DNA from: Haliotis cracherodii
Taxonomy: Eukaryota
Reading direction: 5' to 3'
Length of the DNA stretch: 64,000 nucleotides
Assembly (NCBI RefSeq): GCF_022045235.1
Contig: NW_027266265.1
Coordinates: 56,978,001-57,042,000, forward strand
In this document: piece by piece, positions 38,553 to 51,070 of the stretch
Layout: each line of letters begins with the position of its first letter
How positions within the stretch are numbered: the first letter of the stretch is position 1
The notes under the pieces: generated by a model
Seen by the model: only the letters and a program-made list of their open reading frames with translations
What the model was told of the DNA's origin: nothing
Database searches by the model: none
Program-made: the position numbers and the translations under genes

Positions 38553-39287
38553 CTTTCCTTGGGATTGGGGATGATAGGCCCTCGAATGGATGAGTCGCAC
38601 GCCAAGTCTGACACAGAGGGTCTTCACCATGCCTTTAAATTCACCCCCTTGATCTGTTTGGATGATTTTAGGGGTGCCCCACTGATTGTCTAAATAAATT
38701 TCAGTCAACGGTTTTGCTACTGTTTCTGAAGACTTATCTGTTATTGGGACAAGACACAGAAATCTGGAAAAGTTATCCAAAATAGAAAGCACATACTTGT
38801 ATGTTTTCCCGTCTTTTTCTTCTGCTACTGCAGACAGGTCCACAATGTCAATCTGGTGTCTCTCCATGGGAGCAATAGAATACACTGGTTTCAATGGTGC
38901 TTTATTTGAAAATTGTGGCCGGAGCTTTTTCATAGTTTTACTTTCCTTTAGCCAGTCAAGGATTTGTGATCTTCTTATGCCATGAAAGTACTTTGAAATG
39001 AGATTATATAACCGTTTTGAGCCAGCACCTTTTGTTTCCTTGCTGAAACTTCTTATGATGTGTTTAATTTCACTCTTTTTGGCAACTATTTTGCTTTTCA
39101 AAACAATCCTCTTTTCCTGCTTCCCAGATGCAGGGTTTTGCATCATCTTGAACTCCAGTTTATACAGGCTGATCTTTTTGTATGCTACTATCTGTAGCTG
39201 AGTTCTTTCTTTAACTGGTACATTTGTTCCACTGAGAAGTAGTTCAATGGCTTCATACAAAGTCTGTCCTAAGGCTGCTGGAGGCAT
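38553..39287 (-). CDS. rve-type DDE integrase/transposase exon (KRBA2/SCAND3/Ginger2-like); catalytic Glu not in this exon
   Basis: 245 intact codons with PMERHQIDIVD, YVLSILDNFSRF, GTPKIIQTDQGGEF and SRAYHPQSQGK, followed by AAG|gtatgt. Acceptor tatttttag lies 8 nt before the ATG. Confidence 0.8.
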
Positions 39288-39765
39288 GATGATTTCTAAA
39301 AATATAAAATGTAAACAAGAATTTTTATAGTCTTAGGATACCAGGATAAGTTAATGTAAGGAAATAGGTACATGTATATTACTGTAAAACATGCAAAGAA
39401 AACTGAAACAGGAATGTTAGAAAACTATAACAGTAACTTCACAAATATAGAACAAAATTAGTTTTGCCAATTCCTTTCAGAGTTTTCAGCTAAGGGCCAA
39501 GTCAACTCAGGGCTTTCTGAACACCTGATGGCTGGAACTCCCATTTTGCTTGACTGATAGTTTGACTAGCAAAGAATGTTTTGGCATATCTTTCTTTCTA
39601 TTGTTCATAAAAGAGATGAGTTGCACAGTTGGGTGGCTCATTACTGAGGATTATAATCACTGAGCATGGCGGTATCTGTGATGTAACTGCATATGGTAAG
39701 ATGATTGACTGACAGTAATCCAACAGGAAAGTAAGGCATTCTGTTGGTTACTGTTACATAAATAC

Positions 39766-39920
39766 TAGGGCTGGGACGGGTAACTCGGGTACCTATGCTA
39801 AAAAATATCCCAATCGGACATTTTGAGACATCTCCAGAGACCTAGAGTGGGTACCCGGGTAGGGTAGGGTAAGAGGGGCGCGGGTACCCGGGTAGTAAAT
39901 TTGGACTCGTCCCAGTCCTA
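39766..39920. mobile_element. hAT-like MITE
   Basis: TIR tagggctgggacg / cgtcccagtccta; 8-bp TSD ataaatac / ataaacac. A longer relative lies at 40407-40832. Confidence 0.78.
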
Positions 39921-41379
39921 ATAAACACAACATTAAAACTCCACCCTGCTCTTTAAGAGGGCCTCCTTCAAAAGCCCTGACTTGACTACACCTTAAATAC
40001 TGTTACTTCAGTTTACTTCATACTCAAGTAACAGTATTAAGGCCAAGTGAGTGGCTGAAAATTGGGTAACTAATGCATGATTAAGAAGTTCAAAACTAGA
40101 AGTGACTACCTAAATCATGATATTTTCATTTAGAAGATGGAAGTCATATTGGAGATTCTTAGGTTTTGATAAGGAACATCTTACATCATGGCAGGCAACC
40201 ATTGTTTATCACGCATCTTAACCCAAACATATTGGCCGACTTCCCAAATTGAATCTTATTTATTGGTGTTTCAAGACATTGTACAAATCATAAATAAGAT
40301 TCATTTTTTTTACTTTTCACACTACAGCATGGACAAAATACCACTCAATGCAATCATGCTCTTGGCATCTTTATATTGCCTTTAGTACTGAAGTATGTGT
40401 ACTAGCTAGGGCTGGGATTGGTGGTTCCTGAGTAGGACCCCGGTACCCACAGGAGTACACGGACCCGTGGTTTGTCATGTGATATATTGTATAATGACAA
40501 AAGGTATCTAGAACTCTATGAACACACTACAAGTCACAAATGTTCGCATTTCTTTCTGACTATGCACCCAATCCTTCTGAATTTTCATATCTTTGAATAA
40601 AGATATAACTTGAGTCAACTTCAGTGTATGCATGGCCAGATTGTTTTATACATGTATCTAAATACGTTTTGCCAGTGTTATGGTAAAAGAAATGCCCAAT
40701 TGAACATTTTGTACCTATCTCTTGTGACCTACAGTGGGTACCCGGGTAGGGTCAGGTAAAAGGGGGGTGGGTAGGGTCGGGTAAAAGGGGGGTGAGTACT
40801 CGGGTAGCAAATTCGGACTCGTCCCAGCCCTAACATGTATCACAACATTTAGCGTGTCTGCAATGTAGAAATGTGATAGGCTAGTAGATCATAGAACTGC
40901 AAGTTACTGTTTCATTTTGATCTGTTGATTGCCGTATTTACCAGATTTCGATGAGGGTTATATTTTCATTGTTTCAATGAGGAGCAACGGGGCAGTGCAT
41001 GGCGCCGTTTCCATTCATTGATAAAGTTTTAACATATTTAGGGTAAATGATGGCCCGACCTTTTACAAATTCAAGAAAAGTAACAAGGCCCACCGTTGAC
41101 CAAGTATTGACTGTAAACACTCCCGTGTGAGCCTTCCAATCTCCCGAATCTCGCGCGATAGAGTTTGTTATCCAAGCTCGAAACAGCGCTACGCTTATAA
41201 GCTCTTCCAGCAAACTCCCTTCGCATGAACAAAGTTGATGAAGAACGGACGTTAATATTGGCGGCGGTGGTGTGGAGCTTACACTCCAAGCACCTGCATC
41301 GTCGCTGTACGGAGTCAATTCCAACTTTTTGTAACTATTGTCCGGAAGTTACTGACAATGTAAACAAACAGTCTGGAGA

Positions 41380-41533
41380 ATGACACTCAGTATCTTACAA
41401 CTGCCACCTGAATTAATTGCTCATGTACTGAGATTTCTGTCATCGTCAGATCTCGCCACGGTTGCTCTTGTCAGTAAACAGTGTAGAGATTTGGTTAGTT
41501 TAGAGTCTTTATGGCAACATCGATGCGGGCAAG
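41380..41533 (+). CDS. FBXO31: F-box only protein 31, exon 1 (F-box)
   Basis: SILQLPPELIAHVLRFL...VALVSKQCRDLV...LWQHRC; donor G|gtgagt; ETS-like CCGGAAGT at 41342. Confidence 0.9.
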
Positions 41534-43520
41534 GTGAGTTGTCTCTCATTTCCAAGTTAGCAATAGCGCTGATAGCAGCTAGGTTGCATAACCCACACTC
41601 TATCACTGAACTAGACTAACATCTAGTCTCTGCATCGACAGTATTTTACAGAAAAAACGTTTTTAAATTATGTTAATACAATATAATGAAAAGCCAAAAG
41701 GAGACCGGAGAGCAGCGATAGAAACTAACTGTTTTTGTCCACTAGTCCTTATAATGATAACATATAGCAAAACCTTTAATAATGACACATTTCTACTAGT
41801 CCTTATGATACCTTACCTATTGGGCAGTTTGGCAAGGACTATAGGACTAGTGCAAATTTCTAATGCTGGAGAGTCTCTTCATTTTCAGAACTGAAAGTGC
41901 AGTAATCTAGACTTGACAACTATTATAGACTTGCAAGATTGCAAGGTCTGTATTGAATATATTTGTTTGACGATCTGTATGACAGACTATCACTGAAACA
42001 GCAGCTGTGCTACCATGACATTAGACATTCTCCAACGCTTTAAATTGTTTGTGTTCTGACATATCCACGTATATCATTACTGCACGTATGGATATGGACT
42101 GATTGATGCTCACACTGTTGACAATTGCAATTTTGAGTCAGCAACAGTCAAGGCAAGATTCAGCTTGAAACAGGGTCTTGTCCTGACTGTCAGTCCCCCA
42201 AATGGCTAACGGCTAGATAATGGTATAATGGGCTCAAGTTTCAAATTTGTATGGGTCCTTATGTTCTCCAGTAAATATACATGTTGATTTACTTTTCACA
42301 ATAAGTTGCAGTCTTTTTGATGAGGGTCTGAAGAGTTTCGTCAAAGTCTTAAGCTTATAAAGTCTGTGGGTCCTGATGGCAGCCTGGCAATTTGTTTTTT
42401 TTTATATCAAACACTGACTGGTAGGTGGTATATAAGCAGTGAGCAAGGGAATTGGAGATAGAAGTTAACAAAATGTTCTCAACTTATTAAACTCACTAAT
42501 TGTAAGGTTTTAACATTTTAAGTAGTAGTATTCTCAGATCTGTTATAGGAACCATTTTATATGTCTTCATTGGATTTTGAAAAAGTAATTGAGGCATAGT
42601 AATCTGGAGCGGCAGTCGATCTTACATGTTAGCCCGCCATTTGGAATTCTGTTGCTATGCTGAGCTCTGCACATCAACATACATCTTTCTTGGTGCAGAC
42701 AATAATGACATTGATGAAAAAACGTGGCATTTCACAATTATTGAATTTTCAAAGTATTTATATCAAATTAAACATATTCTAAACAACGTGTGGTAACCTT
42801 ACCAATATTTCTCACTGTTTATATCCTGTAAATATGCAGGACATTGATATGTATCTATATATATGTGTATATATGTTTGATTATTGTGCTATTTGATTAT
42901 TTAATTACATAATCTTGATGTTTTGAGAATCTTCGGATTTATCTGGAGGAAATAAAGACATTCATTCATTCAAAGACATTCATTCATTCATTAATGCCTA
43001 TATATGGTGTGTTATTAGGGTTAGGGTCAAGGTTATAACTCCCCATGAAAAACACTCTCTTTTAGACAGTTTTAAACATTATTTGCAGTGGCAGACGTAT
43101 TGTAAATTTGCTCTGAGTTGATGCTTTTGTCATGCTAGTTAAGTGTGAAAGGGAAGCCTATGGCAATGCAGGCCCTGTTTACCACTCATAAACCCACAGC
43201 ACTGAGGGTGCTGACAAACCAAGGCTCAAAACCAAGGCTCATAATGGGGTCACATTTTGGTTTCCAGCCAATGACGTGAGGCTCCTGGCAGATTAAAGTT
43301 ACATAACTCATTATACAGTGTCTATACTGAACTGTTTATTGGAATTTTCTCATAACTTCCATACATATACCAGTACAGAAGTGGGTGTTACACTACATAC
43401 AAGCGAGTAATTGTTTGAAATGTCGGATGATAAAATTCCTGTTCTTAGTGAAACTGGCTGTGTTAAACAGAAGTGTACGCATGACAGAATACAAAGACAA
43501 ACCCTTGGCTTCTTCTTCAG

Positions 43521-43580
43521 ATTACAATTTTGATGAAGTGGAAGGATGGGACCTCACATACAAACAGTTTTATACAAAGG
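43521..43580 (+). CDS. FBXO31: FBXO31 exon 2
   Basis: tcttcttcag| DYNFDEVEGWDLTYKQFYTK |gtaagt, phase 1/1. Confidence 0.85.
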
Positions 43581-44411
43581 GTAAGTTGGATAAGAGTTAT
43601 GAGTGAGTGAGTGAGTGAGTAGGGTCTTACGCCGCCTTTAGCAATATTCCAGCAATGTCACGACAGGGGACACCAGAAATGGGCTTCACACATTGTACCC
43701 ATGTTGGCAATTGAACCCGGGTCTTCGGCGTGACAAGCAAACGCTTTAACCACTAGGCTACCAGACCACCCGATATGAGTGATGAACATTTTTTGAAAAT
43801 TAAAGAGGGACAATATGTGAGGTAGATATTTCAAGGCCTTGATGCTGTAATAAGTGTCATGTGTTCAACAAGGATTTTGTCACTGTGTAAGTTCTGTAAT
43901 CATTAACTGTTAGGTTGACTTCATAAACTTTGAGATGTCAAAGTAAGTGGTATTTGAATGTCTTTAGTCACGTTAATGAAACTTGCCTGGACAAACAATT
44001 TGCCTTAGCCCAGGAGTCTTTTTAGTGGAGATGAGGTTGTGTGAATGGTTCACTCAAAGATCATCTCGGTAGAATGACACAACTGGCAGCCATTCTGTAA
44101 TTTTGTGTACAACAGCACAACTTTATTTGCTCATAACATCGAAATGAGGCAAATGGAAGCCAAGATTTAAGGGGCCGGACATGACGTTTTCGGGGTGAGG
44201 AGTTCTAAAATTTTCAAAGCCCCCCTGTGGCCTCGAAGGTTTAGTTCTGGGCCAGCTAGTTCGGAGAAGGGCCAGTGACCTTTGAAAGGAGCAGGCCCTG
44301 CTGCCACCATGCAAATTTGTTGTTGAATCTGCCCCTGAAATAAAGCAAATACTTGTCAACTAAAATGTTTTGGCATGTATTGTAACCCTGGTAACTGTCT
44401 TTATTTTTCAG

Positions 44412-44488
44412 TGCTGCATAAGTTTGGTAACTGCATTGGAAAGTGGCAGCCAGAAGTAGGTCATTATGGAGGACTGATTGATATTAAG
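44412..44488 (+). CDS. FBXO31: FBXO31 exon 3
   Basis: ttttttcag-type acceptor; VLHKFGNCIGKWQPEVGHYGGLIDIK (FBXO31 LGLWQPDIGPYGGLL); donor |gtaggg. Confidence 0.88.
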
Positions 44489-44700
44489 GTAGGGTTGAAT
44501 ATAGGTAGGTAGAGTTGACACTTTGACATTAAGGTAGGGTTGAGTAAAGGTAGGTAGAGTTGATACTTTGACATTAAGGTAGTGTTGATTAAAGGTAGGT
44601 AGAGTTGACACTTTGACATTAAGGTAGGGTTGATTAAAGGTAGGTAGAGTTGACACTTTAACATTAAGGTAGGGTTGATTAATGTTTAGTTAGGTTGACT
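44478..44700. repeat. Tandem repeat of about 45 bp that includes the FBXO31 exon 3 donor
   Basis: (gacattaaggtagggttgattaaaggtaggtagagttgacacttt) x 4-5. Confidence 0.9.
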
Positions 44701-45182
44701 GATTTTATACTAAAGGGTTGCGTGACTTATAACATGTTGGTGAGTTTGGATGTTGTTTAATAACATTGTAATTGTATATTTAGCCTCATTCAGTCATGAC
44801 AACAAATATATTTGTTTATTTTTCCAAGAAAATCTGAAAATCAATAAATTGACGACCACAAAATGATGTGAGGTGGCAGTGTGATAGTGAGATGGTTGGG
44901 GATAAAGATCTAATAATCCATGTATTATGGCTGACTGTGAGACGATTATGTTTTGCTAGTCTGCCTCCCAGATCCTAGAGAATAAATCATAAAATTAATC
45001 CAACTCTTGTCTAGAATGATTTGGCAAGTCTAGATTGCCTCAGCTCTAGGCCTGAAATTAAGCATTGTTCTGGGCTCCATTTGGATTTTATTATCGATTT
45101 TATAGATATATATATTTGAATATTAAGATCAGTTTATTTCTGGAACTAAATGTTCGTCTAATGTTAGGAGGACAATTAGAGA

Positions 45183-45514
45183 TACCGTATTCGACGTAAT
45201 AAGCACCCTGCTCTAATAAGCACCAACAGTGATATTTGCTAATATATTGGCAAGTGAACAATCCCAATTAGCATCCCTTTCTGATTGATCAATGTACACA
45301 AGACTTAATTATTCGTGTCTACGCACTCGTGTGTTATATGCACCCTTAATTATGGGCAATTAAATTCTGGAAAAATATATCTGTCGTATATAAAGAGTTC
45401 AGACCGTCAGCATAAACCACGAAATCTATCTTTCCACCAAAATAATATTCTAATAAGAGCCCCCTATTTCTAATTTTGAGAGCGCCCTGGGCACTTATTA
45501 CATCAAATACGGTA
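45183..45514. mobile_element. Tc1/mariner(pogo)-like MITE
   Basis: TIR taccgtattcgacgtaataagcaccc / gggcacttattacatcaaatacggta. Confidence 0.72.
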
Positions 45515-45649
45515 TATTATATTCATGTTGGAATCCATAACATACACATAAAAAATGTTCCAGTAAGCCATGCCATATCCTGCAGTGAACTATTTCAAGA
45601 TAGTGACGTTCCCCAGGAAGTTACCCTACAGTTGACTTTCTCCTTCCAG

Positions 45650-45823
45650 TTTGACAGGGGATGTATCAAAGGCAGAGAATGTCTCCCACCTGTAGACCCT
45701 CATGTCGACCAGCCACTGAGGATACGGCCCCTGTTCTCCATAAGCATGTCCCTGGACCGGTCCACGCTGGAGGTGTTCTGTCTCAAGGGGTTTAATGGCC
45801 CCCACAAGGGCCAACTGCTTTGG
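45650..45823 (+). CDS. FBXO31: FBXO31 exon 4
   Basis: tccttccag| FDRGCIKGRECLPPVDPHVDQPLRIRPLFSI...CLKGFNGPHKGQLLW |gtaaga. Confidence 0.9.
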
Positions 45824-46364
45824 GTAAGAGGGAAAAATCTACTCGGAAGCCCTGTTACTCTAGGCACTATGGGGAATTGTCAGAGTAATGTCCCTTGGTG
45901 GAAGTGAACTTGTACTAAGCAGTTGTTGTCCATAAATCAGGGTGTTCAGACTAACAGGGTTTCACTATAGTTTCTTGTCAGGAAAAGACTGTTGATAGGT
46001 TTTTACCGAAATCTGTGTAAAGACTAGTGAGACTACCTAGTCGAGGGAAGTAATGATTCACTCTGGTTCATTGTGAATCTCTGTGATTTACTGTGGTTCA
46101 TTGTGGTTCACTGTGATTCATTGTGGTTCAGTGTGATTCTCTGTGGTTCACTATGATTCACTATTGTATTATTATCGACCTTGCCAAGTTGTACAACTAG
46201 CAAACAATCTAAACCCAAAAATGCAAAATGGCTGCCCATTGTCCCCACTTTTGAACATGATAGCCAGCTAGTACCTTACTCTAACCCCCGCCCCCCACCC
46301 CCACCCCCATCCCCATCCCGCTAAATTGTCGTAGATACAGTACATGTGTATTACTCTGTTGTAG

Positions 46365-46439
46365 CGAGAAGATGGGAGCCTGCTGTTGTTTCAATGTTCT
46401 GAAAACAACAACCACCAACACCCTGAGGGGAAGCAGAAG
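46365..46439 (+). CDS. FBXO31: FBXO31 exon 5
   Basis: ctgttgtag| REDGSLLLFQCSENNNHQHPEGKQK |gtactg, phase 0/0. Confidence 0.78.
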
Positions 46440-47341
46440 GTACTGAGTTCCATTCTGTAACAAACTCTGATAGTTAGTTCATCTGACTGAAAGTCTAATC
46501 AGCTTATGTGATGGTTGGTGTCCTGGGTTGTCATCCAACCCACTTAGTCACCAAGATGGTAATTAGGCATTCGGAATGTGGGGTTCGAATCCTGGATGGG
46601 ACTCAATCTAAAAAAGTACTTGAATCTGTACTTTTCTAAGAATGAGTGAGTGAGTATGGTTTTACGCCGCTTTTAGCAATATTCCAGCAATATCACGGCG
46701 GGGGACACCAGAAATGGGCTTCACACATTGTACCCATGTGGGGAATCGAAACCTTGGTCTGCGAACGCTTTAACCACTAAGCTACCTGACTGCCCCACTT
46801 TTCTAAGAAAGTGTTATCCCAAATGTAACATTTGTTACATGTGACCACTGTCTAAAAGGCATTGTGTATTCACTCTGTATTCCTGTCAAAATACACAAAT
46901 AAAAGACACAAGAAAATAGAATTCTATATTTGGAACTGGTAATCTATTCTTATCTAACCTGGAATCTTTACGGGTCTCATTTAGAGCTAGAATATTCGTG
47001 TAGCACTAGGATGATTCTGGGTAGCCAGGATTCTGGATGGACAAAAAGGATGTGTCACTCCTGATCACAGCCAGAAGCTGTCCAGATCAGTGCACGAGGC
47101 AATGCCAGAAAGTATTTTGCACATAGGGGCAACCATTTTGTATTGTGTACAACCAGGGATTTAAACAAAAATAATTTTAAAATCTGTCAAAAATGCTAGA
47201 AATAATTAATTTGTCCTCAGAATTTTACTCAAAAACATAAAAGTCTATAATTTCAGAACATGCTCAGACTATGTATGCTGTACTATATACTGTTGTTGGT
47301 CAAAATATGATTGTCTGGCTCCCCTCATCTTTCGGAGGCAA

Positions 47342-47860
47342 GGGAGTTAACTGACTTTAAAAGTCCATTTTCCACCCTTGCCGAACTAGGCTGGAATTTC
47401 AAGGCTCAATGGTAGCGCCACCACTGGCTATTATGAGTTATGTCCCTTCTATGTCCCCCATATTGACCAATCAGATTCCCCCACTCATAGCACTTGCAAC
47501 TACTTCAAACAAAATGGTGGTGCCCTGTCAAGACGGCCTGATCGATAATCAAGATCTTTGATTGTAGTAAAACAGGTCTTGTTTCGCAAAGTTCATCAAA
47601 TCAATTGAGTACCTCAATAACAAACATAAAAAGATTTGGAAAATATCTGTTGATGCCCAGTTGACAGTTCACTTGCTCTGCAAATCTTGCAATCGACTGA
47701 AATCTGCAGGGCAGTCACCATGTTGTTTATGAACTAGATGTTGATTTCATTTTTATTGGACTACGCATAGACTCATTCGTCCAGCCAAAATATAGCGCCA
47801 TAATTTCAGCCTCGTTCGGCAAGGGTGGAATCTGGACTTTTATGGACAGTTCACTCCCTT
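47342..47860. mobile_element. MITE of about 520 bp with long TIRs
   Basis: gggagttaactg...aaaagtccattttccacccttgccgaac / gttcggcaagggtggaatctggactttt...cagttcactccc. A diverged, truncated copy lies near 53436-53870. Confidence 0.75.
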
Positions 47861-47920
47861 GCCTTGGGAAGGTGGTTCCCACACTGAATGTTAAATGGCC
47901 GCTGCTTCATGTGTGTGCAG

Positions 47921-48027
47921 GAGTTTGAGGAGTGGTTGACGGAGGAGACAGGTCGTCCTCCAAGTGAGTTCTTCGTCCATGGCCAGGAGTTGCTGCTCAT
48001 GAAGTTCCTCGTCACCACACAGCTGGG
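47921..48027 (+). CDS. FBXO31: FBXO31 exon 6
   Basis: tgtgcag| EFEEWLTEETG...ELLLMKFLVTTQL(G) |gtgagt, phase 0/2. Confidence 0.88.
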
Positions 48028-48425
48028 GTGAGTCAAGATGGAGTGTCAGTGTTGCCCTGCGTTATGATCATAGGGAGTCTTATCTCAAGACGCTGTTTTC
48101 ATTTTTTAAACTGTGGTCTTGATTTACTGAAATATTTCACTCCAACTGCAATTTGGGTGTGTAAGCACCTCTGAAACTGCCTAACTGAGGGTGCTGAACT
48201 TCGGCATCTGTTACTATTGGTGAAATATATTGTAGAAATCATAAGAATTTCATGCTTTTGTTAAAAATAATTAGAAAGTGCAATTTAATTTAAGAAGTTG
48301 AACATTTTATTCTCCCTGGAAAACCCCTTGGGATTGGGATTGGAACTTGTGACTATGTGAATAAAGCGAGTGCATTATCACGAACTTAGTCAGCGCTCAT
48401 ATTCACATGTTGGCTACAAGACTGC

Positions 48426-49803
48426 TGATGCGGCATTAAGCAGTAATCACTCACTCACTCATGATCTGGATAAACGTTTATTGCTTCCCTTCCCCAGATG
48501 CTCCTACCCCATAATGCAGCATTAAGCAGTAATCACTCACTCACTCACTCACTCACTCATGACCTGGTTAAACGTTTATTGCTTCCCTTCCCCAGATGCT
48601 TCTACCCCATGATGCGGCATTAAGCAGTAATCACTCACTCACTCATGACCTTGTTAAACATTTATTGCTTCCCTTCCACAGATGCTCCTACCCCATGATG
48701 CGGCATTAAGCAGTAATCACTCACTCACTCACTCATGACCTTGTTAAACGTTTATTGCTTCCCTTCCCCAGATGCTCCTACCCCATGATGCGGCATTAAG
48801 CAGTAATCACTCACTCACTCACTCACTCACTCACTCATGACCTTGTTAAACGTTTATTGCTTCCCTTCCACAGATGCTCCTACCCCATGATGTGGCATTA
48901 AGCAGTAATCACTCACTCACTCACTCACTCACTCACTCACTCACTCACTCACTCACTCACTCACTCACTCACTCACTCACGACCTTGTTAAACATTTATT
49001 GCTTCCCTTCCACAGATGCTCCTACCCCATGATGCGGCATTAAGCAGTAATCACTCACTCACTCACTCATGACCTGGTTAAACGTTTATTGCTTCCCTTC
49101 CCCAGATGCTCCTACCCCATGATGCGGCATTAAGCAGTAATCACTCACTCACTCACTCACTCACTCACTCACTCATGACCTTGTTAAACGTTTATTGCTT
49201 CCCTTCCACAGATGCTCCTACCCCATGATGCAGCATTAAGCAGTAATCACTCACTCACTCATGATCTGGTTAAATGTTTATTGCTTCCCTTCCACAGATG
49301 CTCCTACCCCATGATGCGGCATTAAGCAGTAATCACTCACTCACTCACTCACTCACTCACTCACTCACTCACTCACTCACTCACTCACTCACTCACTCAC
49401 TCACTCACTCACTCACTCACTCACTCACGACCTTGTTAAACATTTATTGCTTCCCTTCCACAGATGCTCCTACCCCATGATGTGGCATTAAGCAGTAATC
49501 ACTCACTCACTCACTCACTCACGACCTTGATAAACGTTTATTGCTTCCCTTCCACAGATGCTCCTACCCCATGATGCGGCATTAAGCAGTAATCACTCAC
49601 TCACTCACTCACTCACTCACTCACTCACTCACTCACTCACTCACTCACTCACTCACTCACGACCTTGTTAAACATTTATTGCTTCCCTTCCACAGATGCT
49701 CCTACCCCATGATGCAGCATTAAGCAGTTATCACTCACTCACTCATGATCTGGTTAAACGTTTATTGCTTCCCTTCCACAGATGCTCGTACCCCATGATG
49801 CGG
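48426..49803. repeat. Tandem array of 13 units, each a constant segment of about 70 bp plus a variable (TCAC)n, containing the FBXO31 exon 7 acceptor
   Basis: Unit gatgcggcattaagcagtaa(tcac)n-tcatgaccttgttaaacgtttattgcttcccttccacag-atgctcctaccccat. Confidence 0.95.
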
Positions 49804-49941
49804 ATCATGGAGCAGCCAGTGAAGCCAGGGGCTCCGATACAGCCGGGCCTGTTCAAGGGCAACTACGGTGGTCATGGCAACGAGATTATACAGCTGTCCT
49901 ACAGTGATACAGAGAAGAAGGCGGAAGGAAGGAAGATAACG
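49782..49941 (+). CDS. FBXO31: FBXO31 exon 7
   Basis: cccttccacag| CSYPMMRIMEQPVKPGAPIQPGLFKGNYGGHGNEIIQLSY...GRKIT |gtgagc. Confidence 0.9.
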
Positions 49942-50846
49942 GTGAGCGTCGGGATCAGTCATCAATTATTCTGCCTTGACATTTAAATCCTGAACTCTAA
50001 TTTTATCCCCCGGTATTATCAAATCTACATGATTTTGACTCCAAAGGAAGTAGTTGTGTGAAATGTCTCTCTTTCACAAATAAATGTGCTACTTAAATAT
50101 TCTTTAGAAATGCCTTTTTGGGGATCCTTGAATATTATAAACAACATTGGCAAACATTTTAGACAGCCATCACAAAAAACTGTCACCTTATGAAACTTCT
50201 CAAATGATCAATTCTGCTATGGTTGTTTACAACCAAGGGAGGTAACTCTAAGTCACATCGGGTGCAGAGATGCCATCATATATTTTACGAGAGCCTCACC
50301 TAAGAGTGAGTGGGTTATAATTTAAAGTCACATCAGCAGTATTTCATAGTGACTATCAAAGGATGTACATAATAAGTACATTTCGACAAAAAAAGGTCAA
50401 CAAAGGACAGAAAAACTAGCATGTAACCATAAAAATATGTCACTATTCACTAGCTAGTCTATTCTGTTGGATAAACACGCTACTCCAACCTCCCTTGTCA
50501 ACTACAACACATGCATCAATAGTTTAATAATCACTGACTGACAATGAGTTACCATTCTATCATGCTGCTTCCTACTTCCTAATATGACACCTGCAAAAGT
50601 GGCTTTGATCTTTGGTAATCTAAACAGGGTGTCGCAAAACTTTCCAGATCCAGTTAAGGTCATTGTTAGGGACTTGCAGTAAATTTATGGCGCAAATTTA
50701 CAGTAGTTGCAAAACATTGAAGTCTATGTCTTTTCCTCATCAAGGCTCGGAACATACAAAATTATTTCACTGATGAGACCGATAATTCCTAGCAGGTTGT
50801 TCTCTAATGTTTGTCATCTTCAACGATTCTTTGCTTTTCTCATCAG

Positions 50847-51070
50847 GGCGACCCAAATGTGCCGGCCAACAAGATGAGTTTGCAAATAGATCTGGATCAC
50901 CCAATGATCCTCACCATGGATCAGCAGAGAACTGTAGAGCTGATGGAGGAGATCGACATCCCCGAACTGCCTCCTGATGTCAACCTGCAGCAACTGCCCC
51001 CACAACCCTTCCACGTTCCCGACGACTGCTACGAGAGATTCAGACACCCCCCAACTGTGTGTAGAGCAAG
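50847..51070 (+). CDS. FBXO31: FBXO31 exon 8
   Basis: ctcatcag| GDPNVPANKMSLQIDL...QPFHVPDDCYER...CRA(R) |gtaagg. Confidence 0.9.

Noticed and set aside
38535-39287. LTR (gypsy) retrotransposon pol fragment
   Set aside because: No RT, RNase H, gag or LTRs nearby. The ORF has its own ATG and splice sites, which fits a Ginger2/KRBA2-type gene better.
48426-49803. CRISPR-like constant repeat with variable spacers
   Set aside because: The spacers are only (TCAC)n of different lengths, the repeat is about 70 bp of host intron/exon sequence, the context is eukaryotic, and there are no cas genes.
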